A stretch of DNA of 63,540 nucleotides from Rhina ancylostomus (Eukaryota), in assembly GCA_030265395.1 (NCBI GenBank), contig JARFYF010000029.1, forward strand, positions 12,722,052 to 12,785,591, read 5' to 3'. Both the position numbers and the translations under genes were made by a program. Below are positions 24,930 to 38,100 of this stretch, piece after piece. Numbering within the stretch: the stretch's first letter is position 1; the number at the start of each line of letters is the position of its first letter. The notes beneath the pieces are model-generated. The model was not told where the DNA came from. It did not search any database and saw only the letters and a program-made list of their open reading frames with translations.

Positions 24930-27900
24930 AAGTGGCAGTAATGGAGAGCAAGAACAACGGAGAGAGTGAAATCAGCAGGAAGAGAGAGAGCAAGTGAATC
25001 AGTAGAAAGATCAGTGGCAGCGATAGTAAAAGAAAGGGGATTACCAGAAAAAGCAGGATCAGAGAGAGATCTAGGTTATCAAAAGTAATGGGAAGGGGAA
25101 CAGAGAAAGAGGAGATATTTCTGAAGGGGAAGGGATAAAAGAACAAGGTGATCTGTCGAGAGAGAGGGAGATGGGGTGTCAGTAGAATGAGCAGGGACAG
25201 AAACAGCAAAGTGATTAATGGGAAGGTTAGAAGTAGAGACCAAGGTAAGAGACAAGGTGATCAGTAGATTGAGCAAAGAGAGAGAATAGTGAGGGGATCC
25301 GTAGGAAGAGCAGGGATGAGGGATATAACTAACAAGCAGGACCAGAAAGATAGAGGGTAAGGGTATCAGGAAGGAGAGCGGGAGTTGATGCAAGGAGGAT
25401 ATGTTGCAGGGAAAATTTGTGGAGTGATGGGTTTGCTGTGTAAACCAGCATAGATGTGATGGGCTGACTGGCCTCCGCCTTTGTCATAAGGAAATACATG
25501 GAGAGAGAGTTGGGAGAAGAGCAGAATGAACAGAGTTCTCAAGACAGCGAGCAAGGAATTCACATGAAGAGCAATAACAGAGACAGAAAGTTCAAGGGGA
25601 TTGAAGGAAAGAGCAGAGACGCAGAGCGTGACAGGATCAGTACAGAGAACTGGAAGGTAGGACTGAGCAAGAGGGAGAGACAAGCTGTAAAAACAACAGG
25701 GACAAAAAGAGGGAGAGGGAAAACAAGAACGAGGGGATGAGTAAAAAGAGAACAAGGAAGACTGAGCAAATGGCTCAGCAAAGAGAGAGGGAGAGTGAAC
25801 GGAACAATGGAGAGAACATTCACAGCGAGAGAGAGCAAGCAATCAGCAGAAAAAANNNNNNNNNNNNNNNNNNNNNNNNNAAGGGTGAGAATTTTTAAAT
25901 TTTTTTAAAATTTTATTTACAGCGTGGTAGCAGGCCCTTCCAGCCCAATGTGTCCACGCCGCCCATTTTAAACCCCAAATTAACCGACCCGTATGTCTTT
26001 AGAATGTGGGACGAAACCGGAGCACCCGGAGAAAACCCACGCAGACACAGGAGAACGTACAAACTCCTTACAGGCAGCGACGGGAATCGAACCCCAATCA
26101 CTGGAGCTGTAATAGCGTTGCGCTAACCGCTGAGCTACCATGCCGCCTGAGATGAGTGAAAAGAGCAATGGGAGTGGTGACTGAGGAGCTGGATCAGAGA
26201 GAGGGATTGGTCAGAAAGAATATGTACCAGGAGAAGGCGAATGGGGTTAGAAAGGGCAGTGGCTGACAATGAGAGTGGGATCATCAATAGATGGAATAGA
26301 TAAAGAGATGGAACAAGGGGAGAGAGTTTGGGGATCAGGGACAGACAGAGAGGGAGGGATGAGCAAAAGTGCAGATGTCGTGGGAAGGGGGCAGCAGTGG
26401 AAAGAGCAGAGGCAGCGGAAGGGTGAGTGCCAATTAATAGAAAGAGCAGAGACAGAAGTGAGAAAAAAAAACAGGGTTCAGTATGGAAAGTGGGGCAGAG
26501 GGAGGGAGAGAGGAACGGAAAGATTGTGTGAATGGGTGTGTTTGTGTGAGTGAGAGGTGGGATGAATGGAAGGAGCAGGAACAGAAAGAAAGAGAGAAAA
26601 AGCAAGGGGTTAGTAGAAGAAACTGGGAAACTGACAAAGCCAAGGCAAGACAGAAAAGAAAGGACCAGTAGAAGTACCAGGGAGGAGGGGGAAGAAGGAG
26701 GAGAGGTTTTTAGTTATTAACAGAATCAAGAGCTGTGCAGTTAGTGTAGAAAACTGGCACTGAAAAGAAAGATTAGCCATGATCCGATTAAATGGCAGAG
26801 CAGGCACAGCGGGCAGAATGGCCTGCTGCTTCTCTTTCTAATTCTGTGTTAAGGCCAAGGGGAGCATTGATAAGAAAGAGTGAGGGATCCGTGCAAGAGC
26901 AGGGATAGAGGAAGAGGACAAGGAGGGAGGGTGAGAGTATCCATAGAAAGAGTAGGTGGAAAGTAGAGGAGATCAAGGGAATTAGTGGAAAAAATAGGGA
27001 CGCAGAAAAGGAGAGTGAGTGGATCAGCGGAAGGATGTAGGGAGAGAAAGTGTGTGAGAATCCGTACAGTGAGAAGGGACAAAGAATGGGAGGGCGAGGG
27101 GATGCTTAGAAAAAAGACAGACAGGGAGGGGAGGAATAAATAGAAAAATAAGATTGAGGGGCGAGAGAGAAGGAGAGAAGAGAGCAAGCAATGGACGAGA
27201 AAGGAGCCAGAGAGGGATAGCAAGGGTGAGATACAGTGTGGAGGGATCCAAAGTAGCAGGGACAGGGAGTGGATTGGAAGAAGGAGCAGGAATACAGCAA
27301 AAGAGAATAAGATAATAATCGGGGTGGGGCGCAGTGGGGGCCAGTAGAAAGAGCAAGGAGAAGGAAAGAGGAAGGGGATATGGCAATAAATAGGTGAGAG
27401 AGGGGGGAAATAAGGGGATAGATAGATGAGTGTGGACACAGCAAGAACAACAGAGCAGAAAGAGGGGGTCAGTAGGGTGAGGGAGGACAGAGAGGTTGAG
27501 AGAAAAAGGCAGTTAGTTGATAGCAGGGACAAAGAAAGGGGGAAACAGAAATAGTGTGAGAGTCAAGAAAGACCAACCTCTGAAAGAAAAATAGAGAGCG
27601 GGAGAGAGCTAGCATGAAGATCAAATGAATGAAGAGAGAAAAGAGGGGGAGAGATTTACCTAGATAGAGGAAGAGGGCAAGGGGATCTGTAAAAAGTGGA
27701 AGGGTGGNNNNNNNNNNNNNNNNNNNNNNNNNNNNNNNNNNNNNNNNNNNNNNNNNNNNNNNNNNNNNNNNNNNNNNNNNNNNNNNNNNNNNNNNNNNNN
27801 NNNNNNNAAGGGTGGGGGGGATTAGTGGAAGGAACAGGATCACAACTAGAGAGAGTAAGCAGGTCAGTAGGAAGGCATCAATAATGGGAGGGAGATTGAG

Positions 27901-28220
27901 AGAGGCAGATAGAAGAATTCATTTGGAAGAACAGGAACAGAGAGAGCCAGAAGGAGTGAGAGGAGTAAGGCGATCGGTTAAAGGAGCAGTGATAGCGAGA
28001 GGGCAGTGGAGGGACAGGGAATGGCAATGAATTGATCATCGCAATGAGAAGGGGCACAGGAGAGGGGGTAGGTGGCAGAGTTGGGGGAGAGAGAGAGAGA
28101 GGACAGAGAGAGAGTGATGGGATCAGTAGAAAATAATATGACACGGAGAGAGATCGAAAGACAGAGAAGGAGGGGTTCAGTTGGAAGAACAGGGATAGAG
28201 AGGGAGAACATGGAAGGCAT
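24930..28220 (+). repeat. Purine-rich degenerate minisatellite, ~3.3 kb
   Basis: Strong G/A bias on the + strand, with a recurring unit close to GAGAGTGAGGGATCAGTAGAAAGAGCAGGGACAGA. Accounts for the Leu/Ser/Pro/Phe-rich minus-strand ORFs. Confidence 0.8.
25911..26147 (-). mobile_element. Young short V-SINE inserted in the purine-rich array
   Basis: Minus strand: GGCGGCATGGTAGC..GGTTAGCG (A-box), GGTTCGATTCC (B-box), V-domain, tail gggctggaagggcctg..taaataaaa; many CpGs retained. Confidence 0.9.
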
Positions 28221-29047
28221 TAGTCGAAACTGCATACCTTGTTAGAACCTGCAGTAACGTCAGCAGAAAATTTGGACTAGTAAATCACACAACCTATACC
28301 TTACAATTTTCAGAGGTTAAGGACATGAGGTTTTTTTTGTACTCCTGATGTATATTATGGATTCCATTAAGATGACTCTAGGCAGAGCAAGTAAAAGATT
28401 GGCAGTTATAATAACTGATATATTTTCCTTTTGGGTACTTCCGCGAAGTGACTTAGTCTAGTTGTTGAAGAATTAAATCTCCACACAGAGCACAGTGATC
28501 ACATATCAATCTGCATCAGGCAAACCAAAATTATTGCAAATGTTTTATGCTACACAAGATATTGAAAACACCATTGTCATAATGATACCAACAGAATAAA
28601 ACAATGGAATTCTTTTTAAGCTAGTTTAAGTGGAAGCTCCATTTGACTGCTGACAAAAGAAGGGTACCTTGAAAAACAAAGTCCAAGTGGTCAGCGATTT
28701 AGTGACCTATCCCTGCTAAGTGCTGAAGTAAAGATAAGCTTAATGGGTGTGTGACTTGCTGTTCTTGTCAGTCCTGTGTGAGTGCTGGCAACACCAGGAT
28801 CTCCATCGATTTTATGGAAAGTCTCCCAGATTCTAGAGCCTGTTAAATACACAAGATAGAAATGGTTATTTCTGTGGGTACTCTGGTGAATCCTAGCAGG
28901 ACAAGCAACATAATCTGTGATAAGATTCCTCATGCTATCCAGCAGCACATCCACCATACATTCAAATTTAGAATCACCAGTTTAAAGCAGTATAGGTAAT
29001 TCAGTAATGACTACAGGAAAAGCAGTCATTTGAAACTTCTAATTCGC

Positions 29048-30460
29048 AAGAGATGAGATTGACCAAGATCTTTGTGTCCTCTCCAGCTGAGGCCCCAGAG
29101 GACAGGTGAGGAGCTAATGTTGTTCCTTTGTTCAAGAAGGGAAATAGGGATAATCCTGGAAATTACAGATAGTTGAGTCTCACGTCAGTGGTAGGGAAGT
29201 TACTGGAGAGGATTCTTAGGTATAGGCATTTGGAAAACCACTGCCTAATGAGGGACAGTCAGCAAGGATTTGTATGGGACATATCATGTCTTACTAACTT
29301 AATTGAGTTTTCTTGGGGTGGTGTCAAAGATGATTGATGAAGGTAGAGCAGTGGATGTTGTCTATATGATTTTGGTGAGGCATTGGACGTGGGAGGCTCA
29401 TCCAGAAGATTAAGACACATGGGATGCATGGTGACTTTGCTGTTTGGATTTAGAATTGGCTTGTCCAGAGGAGATAGAGGATAGTGATCAATGGGTCATG
29501 TTCTGGCTGGAGGTCTTTGACAAGTGGCATTCCACAGGGATCTATACTGGGACCTCTGCTGTTTGTGATATTTATATCTGAATGACTCGGCTAAAAATGT
29601 GGATGGGTGGGTTAGTGAGTTTGCAGATGACACAAAGGTTGGTGGCATTGTGGATAGTGTAGAAGGTTGCCAAAGGATACAGCGGGATAGTTGCCAAAGG
29701 ATACAGTGGGATATAGATCAGTTGCAGATGTGAGTGGAGAAATGGCAGATGGAGCTTAATCTAAGTGTGATGAGTTGCTCTTTGGGAGATCAAATATAAA
29801 GGAATAGTGCACAGTTAATGGTAGAACCCTTAACAGCATTGATGTACAGAGGGATCTTGGGGTCCAAGTCCATAGCTCCCTGAAGGTGGCCGCGCAAGTC
29901 GATAGTGTAGTAAAGAAGGCATATGGCATGCTTGCCTTCTCAGTCGAGACCCTGAGTTCAAGAGTCAGGATGTTATGTTTCAGCTTTATAAAACTCTGAT
30001 TAGGCTGCATCTGGAGTATTGCATTCAATTCTGGTTGCCCCATTATAGGAAGGATGTCGAGGCCTTAGACAAGGTGCAGAAGAGGTTTGCCAGGATGCTG
30101 CCTGGATTAAAGGGTATGTGCTATAAGGGGAGGTTGCTTTTCTCTAGAGCAGCAAAGGCTGAGGAGAGACCTGACAGAAGTTTATAAAATTATGTGAGGT
30201 TAAGTAGAGTAGACAGCCGATATCTTTTTCCCAGTGTCAAAAAGTCTAATGCTAGAGGCCATGCATTTAAAGTGAGGGGGGAAAGTTCAAAGGAGATGTG
30301 CAGGGCAAATTCTTCACACAGAGAGTGATGGATGCCTGGAATGTGCTGCCAGGGGTGGTGGTAGAAGCAGATACGATAAAGGCTTTTCTTAGATAGGCAC
30401 ATGAATGTGCAGAGAATGGAGGGATATGGACCATGTGCAGGTAGAAGGAATTAGGTCATT
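29048..30460 (+). mobile_element. 5'-truncated CR1 LINE, RT domain plus 3' end, pseudogenised
   Basis: Motifs NVVPLFKKGNRDNPGNYR, LTSVVGKLLERIL, PQGS.LGPLLF, FADDTKV and LYKTLIRLHLEYCIQFWLP; stops and frameshifts present. Confidence 0.92.
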
Positions 30461-30576
30461 AACTTAATTAATCCAGNNNNNNNNNNNNNNNNNNNNNNNN
30501 NNNNNNNNNNNNNNNNNNNNNNNNNNNNNNNNNNNNNNNNNNNNNNNNNNNNNNNNNNNNNNNNNNNNNNNNNNNN

Positions 30577-31142
30577 AAAACCCTGGTTAGGTTGCATCTG
30601 GAATATTGCATTCAGTTCTGGTCACCCTATTACAGGAAGGATGTGGAGGCTTTGAAGGAAGTGCAGAAGAGATTTACCAGGATGTTGCCTGGATTAAAGG
30701 GCATGTACTGTAAGGAGAGAGTGGACAAATTATGGTTGTTTTCTCTGAAGCAGTGGAGGCTGAGGGGAGACCTGATAGATGTTGATAAAATTATGAGAAA
30801 CATAAATAGAGTAGACAGCTGGTTTTCCAGGGTCAAAATGTCTAATATAGAGGACAGAGGTACTCTCAGTAAGGTGAGATCGTGAATGTTCAGAGGAGAT
30901 GTATGAGCATGTTTTTTTACACAGAGTAGTAGGTGCCTGGAATGTGCTGCCAGGGGTGGTGGTGGAGGCAGCTGTGATAGAAGTTTTAAGAGGCTTTTAG
31001 AGAGGCACATGAGTGTGCAGAGAATGGAGAGATGTGGACCCTGTGCAAGCAGAAGGGATCCTGTCTCATCAGCTTAATTATTTCATCACAACATCATGGG
31101 ACAAAGGGCCTGTCCCTGTGCTGTACTGTTCCATGTTCTATG
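30577..31142 (+). mobile_element. Second CR1 3' fragment of the same family, after the gap
   Basis: HLEYCIQFWSPYYRKDVEALKEVQKRFTRMLPGLKG; tail ctgtgctgtactgttccatgttctatg. Confidence 0.88.
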
Positions 31143-31717
31143 AAACGTATGTCATTTCCAAAGAACCCATCTGAATCTGTGCTGAGGAATCCTTCAATGG
31201 CTCCACACAGTCCTTAATGGCCTTCCAACCTTCTCAGACAGCAGCTTCTGTTATCTAATGCTATCTTCCTCTGACCTTTTGGTGCTTTCGGATAAGTCTA
31301 TTTGGATATTTCTGTTCCCCAGGGATTTTCTTTAATTACAATGTGTTACTGGACATAGAGGGTAAATTTTAACTCAGAGGAGAAACTGCCTGTTTGTATA
31401 CACAAACATTTGCAATCACCGTCTGCCCTAAGTCCCATCTGGATAACGTATGGCAGCCTCCTTCCGAGGTCCTGCCATCACAGAAATCAGTGATAAACCT
31501 ATTAGATTCTTTCTTTATGCAACAACTGAGAGCCCTGAATCTAGCAAAGACTATGGTATCAGAAAACATCCCTTCAGTAATGTCAAAGGCTTGTGCTCGA
31601 GAACTACCCACACCTCCAGACAAGTTGTTTCAATAGAGCTACAACAGTCATCCACATAATAGTACAAAAAAATTACCTGTGTATGTCCTGTCCACAAAAC
31701 ACAAGACAAATTCAATG

Positions 31718-31842
31718 CAAAATTATGAGAGGCTTAGATAGAGAAGATAGCTGGTATCTTTTTCCCAGGGTCAAAATCTTTAATGCTAGAGGGCATGCAT
31801 TTAAGGTCAGAGAGGGAAAGTTCAAAGAAGATGTGCAGGGCC
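31718..31842 (+). mobile_element. CR1 fragment
   Basis: KIMRGLDREDSWYLFPRVK..RGHAFKVREGKFKEDVQG, near-identical to 30186-30306. Confidence 0.8.
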
Positions 31843-31959
31843 TATCAGCTTACTTTTGAACCTCAGTAATCAGTAGTCTACTTGATTGGCTTCAACTCCT
31901 CCATCCCAAGCATTCATTCTCTCCCCAGTATTGGTGCACCATGCCTGGAGTGCATACCA

Positions 31960-32270
31960 CCGGGCAGTCTGAAGTCCCACACCTCCAGGTTCAAGAGCAG
32001 CTACTTCAGCCATTCGGTTCTTGAACCAACCTGCACAACCCTAATTACTGCAATAGTATTTGAACATTGTGACCATTTTGACCACTTTGCACTGCAATAA
32101 ACTTGATTTTTGTTGTTCTAATTGTGTTCTTTCTTGTGTTATTGTGTATAATTTATGTTTTGTGGATATTTTTCTTGTGAATGTTGTGTTTCTAATGCTA
32201 TGTGCCTGTGATGCTGCTACAAGTAAAATTTTCACTGCACGTAATTGTGCACATGACAATAAACTCGATT
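31960..32270 (+). mobile_element. Rex1/Babar-type LINE 3' end
   Basis: SLKSHTSRFKSSYF (compare RTTRFKNSFFP), followed by a 3' UTR ending tgacAATAAA. Confidence 0.65.
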
Positions 32271-34719
32271 TGCTCCACTGTTCAAAAAGGCCAGACTGAT
32301 CTTCTACCTCAACCCCACTTTCCCACCTTCCCATTAACAATTATAATTAGCATTAAAACAGCATATCAATAAGTTATTAAGTCAATAGGTTATTTGAATC
32401 AGACAGATCAGGGAAGATCAGAATATGCAAATAGTTACCACAAAGTATATACAGTAACTGGGCTAAGTGCAAGTGGTCATTGACATTGATCATGCAGTAA
32501 ACCATTGCTGCAAGTATTAAATTGCACAAATTCCTAGCATAGAGCATATCTGTTGGTCACTGTGGTTGTCTGGAATTGTTTGTTCAAAATTCAGGAACAG
32601 TAGGGAATAGGAAACAAAGAAATATTCCTGGCTGTTTTCCTTGAATTTACCTACATTTTTTTTGTAATTCTGTACAGCTGTTAGTTGGAGTAGATTGTGA
32701 TGGTAGATTCCAGTGTCATTACATGCACCAATCTACGTGGGTTGGCAGATTTTCTTTTCCTGTCTTTTCATTCGATTTGAGCAGAGAACAGCAAGCAAAA
32801 GTGGAGACATTTCTAATTCTGAGACAGAAGAAAAGAAAGTCTAGGACATTTAGTTGATTCTATACCCTTCTAATTTGCACCACAGGAATCCAATGCCAGG
32901 CACTGGCTCTTATTTATCCGTTGTCAATTGCTGTCAAACCTGTATTCTGTAACCTGGCACCAGACTCTTACACCCAAGTAAAACAAACATGATTCCAAAA
33001 GTCTGGCTTAGAAGAACAATAAAGCACAGCTTAGTCTATCACCTGCTGAGATTATTTTCATCTCTAATCTATTTGTATTTGACTGTTCTATTTTTGGTCT
33101 CAATGGTCTGGGTTTTCTGATTGTGATAAAAGCTACCTTGACGTTTTTCCTTCATATAGCAGCTTCACATATTTGCTTATATTTTTAAGCCTGTATTACA
33201 AGCCTATTGTGTTCCATGGTACATATCACAACTATAAAGTTTATTATTCCACATAGTTATAAAATGACAAAATTTTATAGCTTTATATTTTTAAAAATAA
33301 TTTAGCATATCATTATGAAACCCAGTTAAAGACTGCAAGATCCCGGCAGCAAGTGTGTAACAGCAAATCACAGGGATGCTGCGCACTGATCTCTGTCTAT
33401 TAATTCACAGTGGTTGGGGCATCTTGGACATGCCTGCCATTTCAGTAAGTCTTGACATTTAACCAAAAATTAAATCATTCCAGCTGATAGAAAATCTTGG
33501 GTATTATTCAATGCAGTTTACAAGAGCAGCTGCTTCTGCTTGCATTCCTGATGTTCACCTTTTTGGGATCTTAATGCATTCTCAGTGATGACTGGAAATA
33601 AATCACCATAATTCAGTCCATTTGCTGTATATAATGTTGCAGAACTTCTGCCCACTACCCATGAAGTGATTCCAAACACTGTCTTTAAATCAGTTAATCG
33701 TAAATATGACAAAACTCTGGGAGGGGAGCTTCAATTATAATTAGGGACTTTCAAGGTACATTGGTGTGATGCCCTCTCAGCGCAATATATTTGGAATGGG
33801 TCTCTGAATAGATTCTGGGGCTCTTTCATAACATATTCTGTTGACATTCTGCCATGTGCACTGCTGCTCAATACCACATCCAAATGGGCAGGTAATGCAG
33901 CATTAGCTGGCACTTAAGCTGATCACAGGGATCAGTTAGGCATCCTCATTTTCGACCATAGGTGGAGAAGAATGCAATGTTTCCTCTCATTAAATGATCA
34001 TTGGAAACGAAAAAGACATGGTGCACAGAAAGACCCCATTTGAAGAAGACATCTTGCAAGCAAAGTTTATATTTGGCTTAGCCCTCTCTTTGTGCCTGAT
34101 TCCAAATGGGCTGTGTTATTCATTAAGAAAAATAAACAAGAAATACAAAACAGTACATGACTTTCATTACATTCATAGTGTCACCCAGACTATACATTCA
34201 CGGTATAAAGTTAATTCATTCATAGTGCCATCAAGTTAATATATTCTGTTTGCAAAGAATCAATGCCACTCATGTGGCCACTTTGAACAATACACCCTCA
34301 GTGCACAGTGGTAACAGGACTTCAGATTGCAATCCTTCCTCACAAAGCCTCTCCATACACCTTCTGGGGAAGGCCCATCATTTGCTACCACATAGAAGGT
34401 GCACATTTCAGCACGTGAATTCCAGTGTGCAAAACTCAGACCGCTGGATCCCACTGCACAAGGACCTTTGTACATGTCACTGCTACCGTAAGATGTGTTG
34501 CACTATTAATTTCTAAATTTGCTGTAGATTCAATATCATTGAAATGGCGTCCAACTTAAAACCTGCAAAAATTATTTGCTTTTCTTTTGCACTATTGAAT
34601 TAGTAAACCACAAATGATGCTTCACTGAAGTTCCAGGTGGGAATAGCAGAGTCCTGAAAGCTGACCAGAAACAAGTCCAAAAGGAAGACTACTTTGGGGA
34701 AGAGAGACAGTGAAAGGCT

Positions 34720-35105
34720 CTACAGTGGATGCTGAAGTGGAGAGGCATGGAGTGAAGCAATACAGAGTAGAGTGGAGTGCATTGTAACTCCATCACACAC
34801 CAGACCAACATGTGCTGTGCCCTGCCATTCCACTCCGTGCCACACCTTGTCCCGAAGTGCAAAATGGTATTGAATGGAGTGATGGGCAAAGCACAGAGTC
34901 AAGTTGCAGGGAAGGCAGTGACATGCAGTGGAGTCATGTCTTGCCTGTCTGAGTGATGTGGAATGACATAGCTCTGAATGGTGTGGACTGCTGCTGTTGG
35001 GCATGATGTGGAATGGTATGGGTTTGAGTGTAGACTAAAGTAGCACATTGGTCTGGTGTGGAATGATATGGAATGGCAGGGCACTGGAGTCCATTGCTGG
35101 ATGGG
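34720..35105. repeat. Degenerate (TGGAR/GTGGA)n pentamer array with an internal inversion
   Basis: gtggag/atggag/gtggaatg units; the segment ~34780-34850 is in the opposite orientation. Confidence 0.7.
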
Positions 35106-38100
35106 TAAAGGTGCAAGCTCACACATCAGATGTAGAGTTATTTTAACAATGAACCTATGGAGGGATCTGTAAGTGAAAACAAAGATTTCTGAATTTACTG
35201 CTTTGCTCTTTTAGGATCTATCTTAATAACATCCTCATCACCCACATAGAAATTCTAATCAATTTTTCTTAGAACATTTTTTGCCATCCAACAAGTATAT
35301 ATTTCTTCATCTGCCACAATGGTACATTTATGGTCACATGGCAGTAGCAATTACTATAACTGGCAGAGAAATGGAATATAAAATCATACAGATCTCATAC
35401 TTGCCAAACAAATGGTGAAACATCATTTATAAATACTTAAAGGATAGATTTATAATTAGATTATAGATACATTTGGACCATGGATACACAGCTAAGTGCC
35501 AACTGGCAGGCAGCAGTTGATCATGACAATAAGTCCGGGTTGCAAGGACTTGACAGTAATATTATCCAACATAGAACACAAGTCTGCTGTAAGGATGAGG
35601 AAGCCTGTTTTGATTTTAGTTATTATGAAAGTTATTGCCCACAGCTCTCCATCTTAAACTCAGCGGACAGCCTGTCCCCCTCCCGCCCAAGTGTACCAGT
35701 GGAAGTGATCACTGCACCAAAGAAGTGATTAGCACAAGCACCTATAACATTGTGCACAAAGTCACTGGTTGGTTAGTTGTCAATTGACTAAAGTTCAACT
35801 CCACACTCTGCCCTAATATGCTATCAGGGAAACAGAGGGGGTGACTGATACCACAGCATTTAATTCAGTCAGATTGCATTAGAAATTGGACTCCATGCTT
35901 GCCTTCACACAGCAGAAGTAACATCTGTGTAGAAAATAATGTGTGCCTACTCCGCAGAAGATCTTGTTTTGCCCGGTCTTAAGGGATGTGATAAGTAGTT
36001 AGAGCAACTGTGAAGGCAGTGCAGCAGTCACAATGTCTCAGTGGGTGGCAATGGCAACAGTAATGACAGTGATGCTTGCTGAAACACACAAAGCACATAC
36101 AGTGTGCTTTTGTAGAAACAGCCTTGTTTTTATAACAATGAAGTGGTGTGCTTTTGCTGCCAGTGCATTTAGAAATGGAAAATAACACCTGAGGAAATTC
36201 AAAGACTGTGTGTTTTACCTTTTGTATTGCCACATTTCTCTAACCTTCACAGCCTCTTCACTTGTCTGTGAGGTTTATTAGAACTTGTGATGATCATTGC
36301 GAATCAGAATCTTGTTTAATTTAATGAAAACTTCACTCGGCATGAAATACAGTAATTGACAGAGCAATACTAAAAGCAAAATGATCATGGTATGATTATT
36401 AAAATAGCCTTGTAAATGCAGTTAATGTATTTAAAGGTAATGATTCATTCCATCTTAATCTGTTTAGAATTAACTCATCAAGCCTCTTTCGTCTTTATTA
36501 TTTTTAATAATCTTAACCAGATAGCCACTGATGAGTATAATGAAATATACTGTATACAAGGGACAATAAACTAAGGGTGCTTTTTTGTGGTTTATTTTGA
36601 TACATTTCACATTTTAGCAATGTGTGANNNNNNNNNNNNNNNNNNNNNNNNNNNNNNNNNNNNNNNNNNNNNNNNNNNNNNNNNNNNNNNNNNNNNNNNN
36701 NNNNNNNNNNNNNNNNNNNNNNNNNNNAGAAATGTGTGAATTATTTAAATGGATTGCTGAACTGCTTCACCTGTTCTGATCATAACTCTCATGCCTAATG
36801 TTTTGACAGAATTTATCTAACTAGATTTCCACTGTCCTTTATATGAAAAATCACTTCCTAGTTTCATATATCTTTTGTCTGTCTGATTTTAAACATTTTG
36901 CCTTATCTTGTTTCACCCAGGAAATTGTTTCTCAGCATCTCCCTCATCAAATCTTTTCATGACTAAACAACTCGATCAGGTCGTTCCTCAACATTCTAAA
37001 CTCAATGGAGTAGAAGCCACATTTATGCCAATTGTCCTTTCAGTTTTAGCCCAGGTTTAATTCTGGTGAATCAACCCTGTACTCCTGCCAAGCCTGTGAT
37101 TTGACAGACAAAACTGAATGCAAGAAAATGCCTTCATTTCTTAACTGTTTTGTTTGAAATATCTTTTCATGGAAATCCATACTTGGCTAGCAGAACTAAA
37201 CATACGGGGTTGAGTGCAATGTGCTCAACTTCCAAAATTGAAGTTTAAAGAAAGAATTTTGGAGGGCGGATGCATGTACTGACACTATTTCGTAAAGCTA
37301 CCACCCAGGGATTTTTTTTATGTACAATTATTCCTAATAGTGAGTTGAGTCATTATTATTAGATTCACTTGACAGGAGGAAGTAAATCTGTAGAAACAGC
37401 ACACTAAGTGAACCATAATGTACATACTAACTGAGAAAGGAGATAAATTATCTAATAGCCATGATAGAAAGATAAAACTTTAAAATATGTACAAAAGCAG
37501 GAGTGTGAAAAGATTATTTCCTGCTGCTTGCAAGAAAAGTAGTAGTTGTGATTGTCACTGGTTATCCAGAGCCAGCACATATGTGCAGTATTCTATGTTA
37601 GGTTTTGTAAAACAAGGTATAAACATCCAAGTCAAGCCAACTGAATGACAATTTTGATGTTGGGTAAGGAAATTTGCAATATATGAACAGGTCCATTCAA
37701 TCCAGTGGATTTTTGCTAGAGTTTATGTTCNNNNNNNNNNNNNNNNNNNNNNNNNNNNNNNNNNNNNNNNNNNNNNNNNNNNNNNNNNNNNNNNNNNNNN
37801 NNNNNNNNNNNNNNNNNNNNNNNNNNNNNNNNNNNNNNNNNNNNNNNNNNNNNNNNNNNNNNNNNNNNNNNNNNNNNNNNNNNNNNNNNNNNNNNNNNNN
37901 NNNNNNNNNNNNNNNNNNNNNNNNNNNNNNNNNNNNNNNNNNNNNNNNNNNNNNNNNNNNNNNNNNNNNNNNNNNNNTGTCTTTTGATTTGGTTTTATCC
38001 GGTGTTCAGTTGTTTCTTTATGCATTTTTTTTTCTTGACTATAGGGGAACCTGTCATTTTTTCCTCCTCAGAAAATGTGTATGCTTCCCCCTCCCCCATC

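Noticed and set aside
24832-28235. Many long Leu/Ser/Phe/Pro-rich or Glu/Arg/Gly-rich ORFs (e.g. 227 aa at 26849-27532)
   Set aside because: By-product of the purine/pyrimidine-skewed repeat, which has few stop codons.
31369-31623. Minus ORF with FARFRAL, and 8975-9211 with KVLVHCKGCTNVCI, as possible Harbinger transposase remnants
   Set aside because: Single weak motifs with no catalytic DDE context; cannot be supported without a search.
35281-35420. tgccacaatggtacattt (CHNGTF) as a possible duplicate of the LCNGKYH exon
   Set aside because: Similarity ends after a few codons, and there is no matching splice architecture.
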